Below are positions 19,368 to 27,813 of a stretch of DNA of 46,988 nucleotides, piece after piece. Position 1 is the stretch's first letter; every line of letters starts with the position of its first letter. Source of the stretch: Solirubrobacterales bacterium (GTDB lineage Bacteria; Actinomycetota; Thermoleophilia; Solirubrobacterales; Solirubrobacteraceae); assembly GCA_025964175.1 (NCBI GenBank), contig JAOPZL010000214.1:1-46988 (forward strand). Reading direction: 5' to 3'. The translations under genes were made by a program, and so were the position numbers. The notes beneath the pieces are model-generated. The model saw only the letters and a program-made list of their open reading frames with translations. It ran no database searches and was not told the DNA's origin.

Positions 19368-21118
19368 CCAGTTCCGCCGCCAACACGCTCAACCCGGTCA
19401 CCGTCGAGATCGTCCGCAACGCCCTGCTGGCGTGCGCGGAGGAGATGAAGATCGACCTGCGCCGCACCTCGTACAACCCGATCATCAACGAGATGAACGA
19501 CTTCAGCGTCGGCATCTTCTCGGCCGCCGGGGAGACCGTCGCGCAGGCGCCCGGGCTGCCGCACTTCGTGTGCGACATCCCCAGCGCGATCAACTCGATC
19601 GCGCAGGACATCGGCGGCTTCGACCGCTTCGAGCCGGGCGACGTCTTCCTGACCAACGACCCGTACGTCAACACGTTCCACGTCCACGACGTCAACTCGG
19701 TGACGCCGTTCTTCGTCGACGGCGAGCTGGCCGGCTTCGCCTGCAGCCGCGCTCACTGGCACGACATCGGCGGCGCGTCGGCGGCGGGCAACATGTCGGC
19801 CACGGAGGTCTTCCAGGAGGGGATCATCCTGCGGTCGGCCCAGCTGTACAGCCGCGGGCAGCGCAACGCCAGCGTCTTTCGCATCATCGAGGCCAACACG
19901 CGGCTGCCCGAGACGGTCATGGGCGACCTGCGCGCCCAGGTCGGCGCGTGCCAGGTCGGCGTCGAGCGGGTGCTGGCGCTGATCGAGCGCTACGGGATCG
20001 AGGTCTACGACGCGTGCGTGGCGCGGATCCTCGCCGACGGCGAGCGCCAGGCGCTCGACGCCCTCGAGCAGATCCCCGACGGGGTGTACTCGGCCGAGAG
20101 CTTCCTCGATGACGATGGCGTGCACCGCTCCGTCCCGCTGCGGGTCGCCGCGACGGTGACCAAGTCGCCGGGCCGGCTGTCGATCGACCTGACCGGCTCC
20201 TCGCCCGCCGTCGCGGGCTCGCTGAACTGCAACGTCAACACGACGCGCTCGATCTGCCGGCTCGTGTTCAAGATGCTGACCACCCCGACGGAGCCGGCCA
20301 ACGAGGGCCACTTCCGGATGGTCGACATCGTCGTGTCGGAGGACTCGATCTTCAACGCCAAGCGGCCCAGCGCGACGCTGCCCGGCTTCTTCGCGCTGCA
20401 CACGCTGGAGGACGTCGTCCGGCGGGCGCTGGCCTCCGGGATGCCCGACCGCGTCAACGCCGACGACTACGGGCGCTGCTGCCCGGCCCACATCAAGTTC
20501 CGCGATCGCTCCGGCGGCTACCGCATCCTCGCCGACACCGAGGGCGGCGGCTGGGGCGCCAAGCCGTACGAGGACGGCGAGAGCGGCCTGCTCTTCGGCG
20601 AGATCCGGGTGATCCCCATCGAGATCATGGAGATGCGCTACCCGGTCCTGCTGCGCCAGTACCGGCTGCGCGAGGACTCCGGCGGCGCCGGCCTCCATCG
20701 CGGCGGACTGGGCGTGGTCAAGCAGTACGAGTGCCTCCAGGACGGGCAGCTCAACGCCGGCTTCGAGCGTCAGGTCTTCCCGCCCAGCGGCGTCTTCGGG
20801 GGCGGCAGCGCGCTGGCCAACCGGGTCGCGATCATCTCGCCGGACGGAAGCCGTCGCGAGCTGCCGTCCAAGACGACCGACCACCCGGTGGCCAAGGGCG
20901 AGGTCATCAGCTTCGAGCTCGCCGGCGGCGGTGGCTACGGCGATCCCGTGCAGCGCGACCTCGAGTCGGTGGCCGCCGACCTGCGCGGCGGCTACGTCAC
21001 CTCACGCGAGCAGCTGGCCGACGAGTACGGCGTCATCCTCCACGACGGCGGGAACGAGATCGACGTCGCTGCGACCGCGGCGCGGCGGTCGCAGCTTCGC
21101 GAAGCGGCTTCGGCCTAG
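19364..21118 (+). CDS. Hydantoinase B / oxoprolinase subunit (B2)
   Basis: ATGA overlap with A2. NDPYVNTFHVHD, AHWHDIGG, EVFQEG, DSGGAG and GGGGYGDP motifs. Confidence 0.95.
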   Translation: MTSSAANTLNPVTVEIVRNALLACAEEMKIDLRRTSYNPIINEMNDFSVGIFSAAGETVAQAPGLPHFVCDIPSAINSIAQDIGGFDRFEPGDVFLTNDPYVNTFHVHDVNSVTPFFVDGELAGFACSRAHWHDIGGASAAGNMSATEVFQEGIILRSAQLYSRGQRNASVFRIIEANTRLPETVMGDLRAQVGACQVGVERVLALIERYGIEVYDACVARILADGERQALDALEQIPDGVYSAESFLDDDGVHRSVPLRVAATVTKSPGRLSIDLTGSSPAVAGSLNCNVNTTRSICRLVFKMLTTPTEPANEGHFRMVDIVVSEDSIFNAKRPSATLPGFFALHTLEDVVRRALASGMPDRVNADDYGRCCPAHIKFRDRSGGYRILADTEGGGWGAKPYEDGESGLLFGEIRVIPIEIMEMRYPVLLRQYRLREDSGGAGLHRGGLGVVKQYECLQDGQLNAGFERQVFPPSGVFGGGSALANRVAIISPDGSRRELPSKTTDHPVAKGEVISFELAGGGGYGDPVQRDLESVAADLRGGYVTSREQLADEYGVILHDGGNEIDVAATAARRSQLREAASA

Positions 21119-22455
21119 AGCGCGGCCCACGCGGTCAGCAGCTCCCGCGCGGCGGCGACGCCGAGCGGGAGCGTGGCCAGCGGGATGCCCTCGTTGGGCG
21201 CGTGCGCATTGGCCTCGGGTGGGAGGAAGCCCGTCATGATCGTCGGGATCCCGCGGTCGGCCAGCGCTCGCGCGATCGGCAGCGTCCCTCCGGCGCGCAC
21301 GAGCAGCGGGCGCGTGCCGGTCGCGCGCTCGAAGGCGTCCAGGCCGAGCTGGATCGCCCGGGCGTGCGGGTCCACGCTTCCGGCCGGCGTCGAGGAGAGC
21401 CGCTCCAGGGTGAGCTCGGCGCCGGCGGGCAGCGCGTCGCGCAGCAGCTGCTCGAACGCGGCCGAGACGACGTCGGCGTCCTGGCCGGGAGCGAGGCGCA
21501 GGGAGACGTTGGCCTGGGCCTGCACGGGGAGGACGGTCTTCTGCAGCAGCGGCTCGCCGCCGAGCACCCCGTTGATCTCGACGGTCGGCTCGGCCCAGGT
21601 GCGCGCGTGGAACTCGTCGGCGGCGCTCGGGTCCATCGGGCGCGCGCCGGCGGCCGCCAGCTCCTGCGAGCCGTGGCGCAGCTGCGCCCACGCCGCCGCC
21701 TCGGCGTCGTCCACGGCGGCGATCCCGGCGCGCAGCGGCTCGGGCAGCCGGCCGTCCCGGGCCAGCGTGGCCCCCAGCGCCGTCGTCAGCGCGTGGATCG
21801 CGTTGAGGGCCGCGCCGCCGTACATCCCGGAGTGCAGGTCCCCGGCCCCGGTCCGCACGTGCACGCGGAAGAAGACCATGCCGCGGGTCGCCACGATGAA
21901 GGCCGGACGGCCCTCCTGATAGGCGAAGTCGAAGATCACGCAGGCGTCGGCCCCGCGCTCGTCGGCGGCGAGGAAGTCGACGATCGAGTGGCCGAGCGTC
22001 TCCTCCTCGCCGTCGCAGCAGATGCGCACGTTGACCGGGAGGGCCTCCTCGCCGGCCAGCTCGGCCACCGCGCGCAGGAGCATGAACAGCTGGCCCTTGT
22101 TGTCGGCGACGCCGCGGGCGTGCAGCCAGCCGTCGCGCACCGTCGCCACGAACGGGTCGGAGGCCCACTGCTCCCGCGGCTCCGGCGGCTGGACGTCGAA
22201 GTGGCCGTAGACCATGACCGTGGGTGCACTCGCGGGCGCGCGCGAGGCGGGCACCTCGCCGACGACGAGCGGATGCCCCTCCCAGTCGATCATCTCGGCG
22301 TCCCCGCCCGCGGCCCGGACGGCGTCGCGCACCCACGCCCCGGCGCGGCGCACGTCCTCGGCGTGGGCCGGTTCGGCGCTGATGCTGGGAATCTCCAGGA
22401 ACGGCGTGAGCTGCGCGACGAGGGCGTCGACCTGATGGCCGGGTGTGGGGTTCAC
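21115..22455 (-). CDS. M20 family metallopeptidase (CNDP2/Dug1-like dipeptidase or amidohydrolase)
   Basis: YGHFDVQP, RGVADNKG, GEEE, DLHSG and NAHAPNE motifs. RBS GGAGG precedes GTG 22455; 446 aa. Confidence 0.92.
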   Translation of the reverse strand: MNPTPGHQVDALVAQLTPFLEIPSISAEPAHAEDVRRAGAWVRDAVRAAGGDAEMIDWEGHPLVVGEVPASRAPASAPTVMVYGHFDVQPPEPREQWASDPFVATVRDGWLHARGVADNKGQLFMLLRAVAELAGEEALPVNVRICCDGEEETLGHSIVDFLAADERGADACVIFDFAYQEGRPAFIVATRGMVFFRVHVRTGAGDLHSGMYGGAALNAIHALTTALGATLARDGRLPEPLRAGIAAVDDAEAAAWAQLRHGSQELAAAGARPMDPSAADEFHARTWAEPTVEINGVLGGEPLLQKTVLPVQAQANVSLRLAPGQDADVVSAAFEQLLRDALPAGAELTLERLSSTPAGSVDPHARAIQLGLDAFERATGTRPLLVRAGGTLPIARALADRGIPTIMTGFLPPEANAHAPNEGIPLATLPLGVAAARELLTAWAAL

Positions 22456-22470
22456 TTGTGCCTCCGGTGG

Positions 22471-22489
22471 GTGCAATGTAATATTGCAC
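22471..22489. promoter_or_regulatory. Palindromic operator / divergent promoter, motif A copy 4 (GTGCAAT-GTAAT-ATTGCAC)
   Basis: Perfect 7-bp inverted arms. The first 11 nt are identical to 11906-11916. TAATAT lies 6 nt before ATG 22491, a leaderless arrangement. Confidence 0.7.
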
Positions 22490-22490
22490 T

Positions 22491-24101
22491 ATGGCGCAGG
22501 CCCCGACTCACGTCGACCCGATCACCACGGAGATCATCCGCAACGCCTTCATCTCGGTGGCCGAGGAGATGAACGCGACGCTGATCCGGTCGGCCTACAA
22601 CCCGATCATCTACGAGATGAAGGACTGCTCCGTCGGGCTGCTCGACGAGGGCAAGGGCATGCTCGGGCAGTCGGCCGGGCTGCCCATCTTCCTCGGCAAC
22701 CTCGAGGTCTGTGTCGAGCTGATCGAGGAGCGCTTCGGCGCCGGCGTCTGGGTCCCCGGGGACGTCTGGCTGATGAACGACTCCTACATGACCGGGACGC
22801 ACCTGGGCGACATGACGATCATCGCCCCCATCCACTGGCGGGGCGAGCTGGTCGGCTTTTCGGCGTCGCGCGCCCACTGGCTGGACATCGGCGCCAAGGA
22901 CGCGCCCGCGCCGACCGACTCCACCGAGATCTACCAGGAGGGCCTGCGCCTGGGCCCGACCAAGGTGGTGGAGGGCGGCGAGCTGCGCGAGGAGATCGTC
23001 GACATCCTGCGCCGCAACGTGCGCTTCCCGTCGATGATGGTCGGCGACCTGCACGCGCAGATCGCCGTCGCGCGGACCGGCGAGCGTCGCCTCGGCGCGA
23101 TCTACGACCGCTACGGGCTGGAGACCGTGCGCGAGGCGCGCGACCAGATCTTCGCCCAGAGCGAGGCCCTCGATCGCGCTGCCGTGGCGGCCGTGCCCGA
23201 CGGGGTCTACCGGGCCGAAGGCTGCATGGACGACGACGGCGTCTCCGACGACCCGGTGTGGATCCGGATGACCGTCACCGTCGAGGGTGACGAGATGCTC
23301 GTCGATCTCACCGAGACCGACGATCAGACCCGCGGCGCCATCAACTGCGGCGAGGCGCAGGCGCTCTCGGCCACCCGGGTCGCCTTCCGCCGCCTCATCA
23401 ACCCCGACCGCCCGATCACCGGCGGGACGTTCGCCCCGCTGCGCCTGGACATCCGCCGCGGCTCGCTGCTCGCGGCCCAGGAGCCCGCCGCCTGCCAGTT
23501 CTACTTCAGCCCGCTCGGGCTGCTCATCGACCTGCTCGCGAAGGCGCTGGCCCCGGTCCTCCCGGGCCAGGTCGCCGCGGCCAGCCACGGCGATTCGATG
23601 TGCACCTACCTGTCGGGCCTGCGCGACCGCAGCGGCCGGCCCTTCGTGCACGTCGAGTGCCTGGTGGGCGGGTGGGGCGCGTGGGACGGAAGCGACGGCG
23701 AGAGCGCCCTCATCAACAGCACCAACGGCGCGATCGACGACATCCCGATCGAGATCGTCGAGTCGCGCTACCCGCTGCGCGTCCGGCGCTACGCGATCCG
23801 CGCCGACTCCGGCGGGGCGGGTGCCTGGCGCGGCGGCGACGGTGCCGTGCGCGAGCTCGAGATCGAGGACGACGACGTCTGGGTCAGCCTCTGGTACGAG
23901 CGCTCCAAGACGCCGGCCTGGGGTCTCTTCGGCGGGGAGGCGGGAGCCCCGCCCCGGGTGCAGCTCAACCCCGGCACCCCCGAGGCCCGGACGATGCTCA
24001 AGGCCAACCGGCTCGGCCTGTCACGCGGGGACGTGCTCCTGCACGAGACCGGCGGCGGCGGCGGGTACGGACCGGTCGGTCCACCGCAAAGACGTTCATG
24101 A
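22491..24101 (+). CDS. Hydantoinase B / oxoprolinase subunit (B3), close paralogue of B1 with a shorter C-terminus
   Basis: Same motifs as B1 and colinear with it at a 10,530-nt offset. Ends GGGGGYGPVGPPQRRS; 536 aa. Confidence 0.93.
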   Translation: MAQAPTHVDPITTEIIRNAFISVAEEMNATLIRSAYNPIIYEMKDCSVGLLDEGKGMLGQSAGLPIFLGNLEVCVELIEERFGAGVWVPGDVWLMNDSYMTGTHLGDMTIIAPIHWRGELVGFSASRAHWLDIGAKDAPAPTDSTEIYQEGLRLGPTKVVEGGELREEIVDILRRNVRFPSMMVGDLHAQIAVARTGERRLGAIYDRYGLETVREARDQIFAQSEALDRAAVAAVPDGVYRAEGCMDDDGVSDDPVWIRMTVTVEGDEMLVDLTETDDQTRGAINCGEAQALSATRVAFRRLINPDRPITGGTFAPLRLDIRRGSLLAAQEPAACQFYFSPLGLLIDLLAKALAPVLPGQVAAASHGDSMCTYLSGLRDRSGRPFVHVECLVGGWGAWDGSDGESALINSTNGAIDDIPIEIVESRYPLRVRRYAIRADSGGAGAWRGGDGAVRELEIEDDDVWVSLWYERSKTPAWGLFGGEAGAPPRVQLNPGTPEARTMLKANRLGLSRGDVLLHETGGGGGYGPVGPPQRRS

Positions 24102-24111
24102 CATGTCACAT
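24098..24111. promoter_or_regulatory. Candidate operator, motif A copy 5 (ATGACATGTCACAT)
   Basis: Contains the palindrome TGACATGTCA and ATGTCACAT. Overlaps the B3 stop, upstream of the SBP gene. Confidence 0.55.
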
Positions 24112-24166
24112 ACCAAAGGCTTTTCGAGCTCGAGGGCTCAGGAGCTTCATCAAGGAGGTTGGAGCA

Positions 24167-25249
24167 ATGGCTCGCTTGCGTGATGCATGCCGAGGTGTGG
24201 GAACGCCCCTGCTGGGCGCCGTTGGTGCGTTGACCGTCGCGGCGCTGGTCGCGGGCTGTGGCAGCAGCGGCAGCTCGTCGTCCACCGCGGCCGGAGCGTC
24301 GACCGCGTCGGCGTCGACCACCGCCGGCTCGGTGGGCAAGAAGAAGATCGCCGTCATCGTGCCGCTGAGCAACACGTTCACCGCGGCGCTGTACGACGGC
24401 ATCAAGGACCGGGCCAAGGGCAAGGACGTCGAGCTCAAGGTCTTCGACCCGGGCTTCGATCCCCAGAAGGCCTACGCCAACATCCAGCAGATCACCCAGC
24501 AGGGCGGCTATGACGCGATCGCTCTGCTGCCGCTGGACCCGGCCACCGCGGTTCCGGCGGTCAAGGCCGCCGCGGCCAAGGGCATCAAGGTCGTGGCGAT
24601 GAACAACCCGCTGGGCCCGGACATGAAGACGATCGACACCCAGGTCCCCGGTCAGACCGCGGCCGTCATGGACGCGACGCAGTTCCAGCGCGGGATCTGG
24701 CTGGGCGAGATGGCCGTCGACGCGTGCGCGAAGACGAACCCGTGCCCCGTCGCCTACCTGTCCGGCAGCCTCGCGCTGGCCGGGGAGCAGGCGCTGGTCG
24801 GCGGCTTCAAGGAGGCGATCGCCAAGAACCCGGCGATCAAGCTCGCCACCTACCGCGACGCCGGTGGCTACACCGCGGAGGGCGGCCAGAAGGTCACCCA
24901 GAACATCCTCGCGGCCAACCCCGACATCAAGGTCATCGCCGGCAGCGGGGACCAGATCATCCGCGGATCCGAGCTGGCCGTGAACACGGCCGGGCTCAAG
25001 GGCAAGGTCAAGCTGATCGGCCTGGGCGGCAGCACGCTCGGCCTGGCGGGCGTCAAGTCCGGCGCCTGGTACGGGACGGTGGCGAACCTGCCGTACTCCA
25101 TCGGCCAGGCGACCTTCGACGTCCTGGAGAAGGCCTTCGCCGATCCGAAGGTCACCGGCCAGGCGATCAACGTGAGCGAGAACCTCGGGATCGACCCCAA
25201 GATCACCAAGGCCAACGCGGACGGCTTCAAGCCGCAGTGGACGGGCTGA
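24167..25249 (+). CDS. Sugar-type ABC transporter substrate-binding lipoprotein
   Basis: Lipobox LVAGC, Ser/Thr/Ala linker and periplasmic binding protein type I sequence pattern. RBS AAGGAGG/GGAG; 360 aa. Confidence 0.9.
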   Translation: MARLRDACRGVGTPLLGAVGALTVAALVAGCGSSGSSSSTAAGASTASASTTAGSVGKKKIAVIVPLSNTFTAALYDGIKDRAKGKDVELKVFDPGFDPQKAYANIQQITQQGGYDAIALLPLDPATAVPAVKAAAAKGIKVVAMNNPLGPDMKTIDTQVPGQTAAVMDATQFQRGIWLGEMAVDACAKTNPCPVAYLSGSLALAGEQALVGGFKEAIAKNPAIKLATYRDAGGYTAEGGQKVTQNILAANPDIKVIAGSGDQIIRGSELAVNTAGLKGKVKLIGLGGSTLGLAGVKSGAWYGTVANLPYSIGQATFDVLEKAFADPKVTGQAINVSENLGIDPKITKANADGFKPQWTG

Positions 25250-25268
25250 CGCCCCACGAACGCCCCGC

Positions 25269-25304
25269 CACCGGGCTCCGACGCCACCGCGTCGGAGCCC
25301 GGTG
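25269..25304 (+). terminator. Perfect 16-bp stem-loop between SBP and permease genes (mRNA stabiliser or partial terminator)
   Basis: CACCGGGCTCCGACGC-CACC-GCGTCGGAGCCCGGTG, with no U-tract. Confidence 0.65.
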
Positions 25305-25354
25305 AGGACGCCGCGCGTCCAACCCAGAGATCAACCGCGAGTGGAAGGACAGCT

Positions 25355-26344
25355 GTGGCAGGACTACGTGGGCTAGGAGTCGGGGTCCGAGGCGGCCCCG
25401 GCCGCTCCGGCGCGGCGGCAGGGCGCGAGATCGCGCGCGAGTACGGCATCGTCGCGAGCTTCCTCGCGCTGTTCATCACCCTCTCGGTGGCCAGCGACGC
25501 CTTCCTGACGAAGTCGAACATCCTGGCGATGCTCGACCAGACCGCGCCGGTCGGCATCATGGCCGTGGGCGGCACCCTCGTGTTCATCGCCGGCGGGTTC
25601 GACCTGTCGGTCGCCTCGATCTTCGCGGTCGCCGGCGTCGTCGCCGCCAAGCTCGTCGACCCGCTCGGGCCGACCGGCGCCCTGCTCGCCGGTGCCCTGG
25701 TCGGCGTCGGCATGGGCGCCATCAACGGCGGCCTCGTGACGTGGGGGCGCATCAACCCCTTCATCGCCACGCTCGGCACCCAGATCGTCTTCCGCGGGCT
25801 CGCGCTCGTCCTCACCGGCGGCCTCCTGCTGACGGTGACGGAGCCGAGCTTCTCCACCTTCGGCCAGGGCGGCGTGCTGGGGATCACCTACGGCATCTGG
25901 ACCTGGCTCGTCTTCGCGCTCATCGGCGGCTTCATCCTCTCGCGGACCACGCTGGGCCGCTACATCTACGGCACCGGCGGAAACCGCGAGGCCGCGCGCC
26001 TGTCCGGGGTGCGCGTGCAGCTCATCCGCGCCCTCACCTTCGTCGTCTCGGGCTTCTGCGCATCGGTCGCGGGCGTCCTGCTCGCCTCGCGCATCTCGAC
26101 CGGCCAGGCCGACGCGGGCGCCGGCAGCGAGCTGACCGTCATCGCCGGGATCGTCATCGGCGGGATCAGCATCTTCGGCGGTGAGGGCGCGATCTGGCGG
26201 TGCGTCCTGGGCGTGCTGATGCTCACGATGATCTCCAACGGCTTCAACCTGCTGAACATCGACGCCATCTACTCGGACATGTTCCAGGGTGGCGTGATCC
26301 TGCTCGCGGTCGGGGTCGACGCGTGGTCGAGGCGGCGGACGTAG
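25355..26344 (+). CDS. Sugar-type ABC transporter permease (RbsC-like)
   Basis: GGFDLSV, INPFIATLG, GRYIYGTGGNREAARLSGV and ELTVIAGIVIGG motifs. The start codon is uncertain. Confidence 0.92.
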   Translation: MAGLRGLGVGVRGGPGRSGAAAGREIAREYGIVASFLALFITLSVASDAFLTKSNILAMLDQTAPVGIMAVGGTLVFIAGGFDLSVASIFAVAGVVAAKLVDPLGPTGALLAGALVGVGMGAINGGLVTWGRINPFIATLGTQIVFRGLALVLTGGLLLTVTEPSFSTFGQGGVLGITYGIWTWLVFALIGGFILSRTTLGRYIYGTGGNREAARLSGVRVQLIRALTFVVSGFCASVAGVLLASRISTGQADAGAGSELTVIAGIVIGGISIFGGEGAIWRCVLGVLMLTMISNGFNLLNIDAIYSDMFQGGVILLAVGVDAWSRRRT

Positions 26345-26396
26345 TGCGCTCGCCGGACCTGACTCCCCTTCCCATTCCCTCAGAACGGACTCACCC

Positions 26397-27308
26397 ATGA
26401 ACACCGAGCCCATGCGGCCGGAGACCTTCGAGAACCTCGATCGCATCGCGACCGTGGAGATGCGCACGCAGGGCATGCCCATCGGTGTCGTGCCCCGGCT
26501 CTACGCCGCCGCGCGCACCGACCGGCCGCTGAGCCTCGAGCTGGCCCAGCCGCTGTTCGCCCTGGGCGACGGTCGTGCGGCGATCTTCACCGGGATCGTC
26601 TTCGACGAGCTGCCCCACGGGGAGGTCGACGGCCCGATCGGCGCCGGCGTCCTGGCCCAGTCGCTGGAGCGCCTGGGGACGGCCGTCGACGTCATCGTGC
26701 CCCCGGAGATGACCGCCGTGATGGAGGCGACGCGCACCGCTCTGGGCGGGGGCTTCGAGATCCGTCAGGCTCCCCGGCCCGCCGACGACTACATCGCCGC
26801 GATCTCCATCGAGAAGCTCGGCCGCAGCGCCGACGGCATCGCCCACACCGTCCTCGGCTCGCCCTTCGAGCAGGACTTCCAGGCCGACGACCTGATCGAG
26901 CAGCTCAACGCCGCCGGCCGCCTCACCGTGGCCATCGGCGACGGCGGCAACGAGATCGGCTTCGGCAAGATGTTCGAGCAGGCGCGGGCGATCGTCCCCA
27001 ACGGCGAGCTGATCGTCTGCGCCACCGCGACCCAGCACCTGTTCCCGGCCGCGGTCTCCAACTGCGGTGCCTACGCGGTCTCCGCGGCGCTGGCGGTGCT
27101 GGCCGAGCGTCCGGACATCTTCACGTTCCCCGACGCGGTCGGGGCCGCGATCGAGGCGGCCGTGGCCGAGGGCTGCCGCGACGGCGGGACCTTCTACCCG
27201 CGCGTGCTGGCCGACGACGGGGTCCCGCTGGAGGCGATCAAGTCGGTCGTCTCGGTGATGCGGACGATCGTCCAGCAGTCGTTCCGCACGACGCCGCGCC
27301 ATGGCTGA
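26397..27308 (+). CDS. D-glutamate cyclase-like protein (DUF4392 family)
   Basis: TG...GEVDGPIGA, ISIEKLGRSADG, IGDGGNEIGFG and VSNCGAYA match the DUF4392 motif pattern. Confidence 0.78.
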   Translation: MNTEPMRPETFENLDRIATVEMRTQGMPIGVVPRLYAAARTDRPLSLELAQPLFALGDGRAAIFTGIVFDELPHGEVDGPIGAGVLAQSLERLGTAVDVIVPPEMTAVMEATRTALGGGFEIRQAPRPADDYIAAISIEKLGRSADGIAHTVLGSPFEQDFQADDLIEQLNAAGRLTVAIGDGGNEIGFGKMFEQARAIVPNGELIVCATATQHLFPAAVSNCGAYAVSAALAVLAERPDIFTFPDAVGAAIEAAVAEGCRDGGTFYPRVLADDGVPLEAIKSVVSVMRTIVQQSFRTTPRHG

Positions 27309-27813
27309 GCGGCGCGGCGGATTTCGGATCGTCCCGCTGGCGGAGGACACCGCCGCCGCCGTGCGCACCACGCTCAAGACGCCGGTCTGGGGCTACCCGG
27401 CCAGCGTCGGCGTCGCCGCGGGCTACGGGCCGTGCCGCACGTGCCTGGCGATGTTCGAGGTCGGAGTCGACCGCTGCATCCTGTTCACCCATGACGAGTT
27501 CGCCGGCCGGGAGCCCTACCCGCTGCCCGGCCCGGTCTTCGTCCACGCGGAGCCGTGCTCGCCGTACGCCGAGGTCGGGACCTTCCCGGCCGCGCTGCGC
27601 GAGCTCGCGCTGACGCTCAACGCCTACGGCGACGGTCGCGTCCTGCGCGCCCAGGTCCGCCTCGACGACGGCCGCACGGCCCGGGTCGAGGCGTCGATCG
27701 GCCGGCTGCTCGCCGATCCGCTCGTCGACTACATCCACGTTCGCAACACCGAGGTCGGCTGCTTCCTGCTCGAGGTCCGCCGGCCCGCCGAGGAGGCACC
27801 CGATGGACCGTGA
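27301..27813 (+). CDS. DUF1203 family protein
   Basis: GPCRTCL, GPVFVHAEPC and YIHVRN..GCF motifs. Overlaps both neighbouring genes. Confidence 0.8.
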   Translation: MAERRGGFRIVPLAEDTAAAVRTTLKTPVWGYPASVGVAAGYGPCRTCLAMFEVGVDRCILFTHDEFAGREPYPLPGPVFVHAEPCSPYAEVGTFPAALRELALTLNAYGDGRVLRAQVRLDDGRTARVEASIGRLLADPLVDYIHVRNTEVGCFLLEVRRPAEEAPDGP

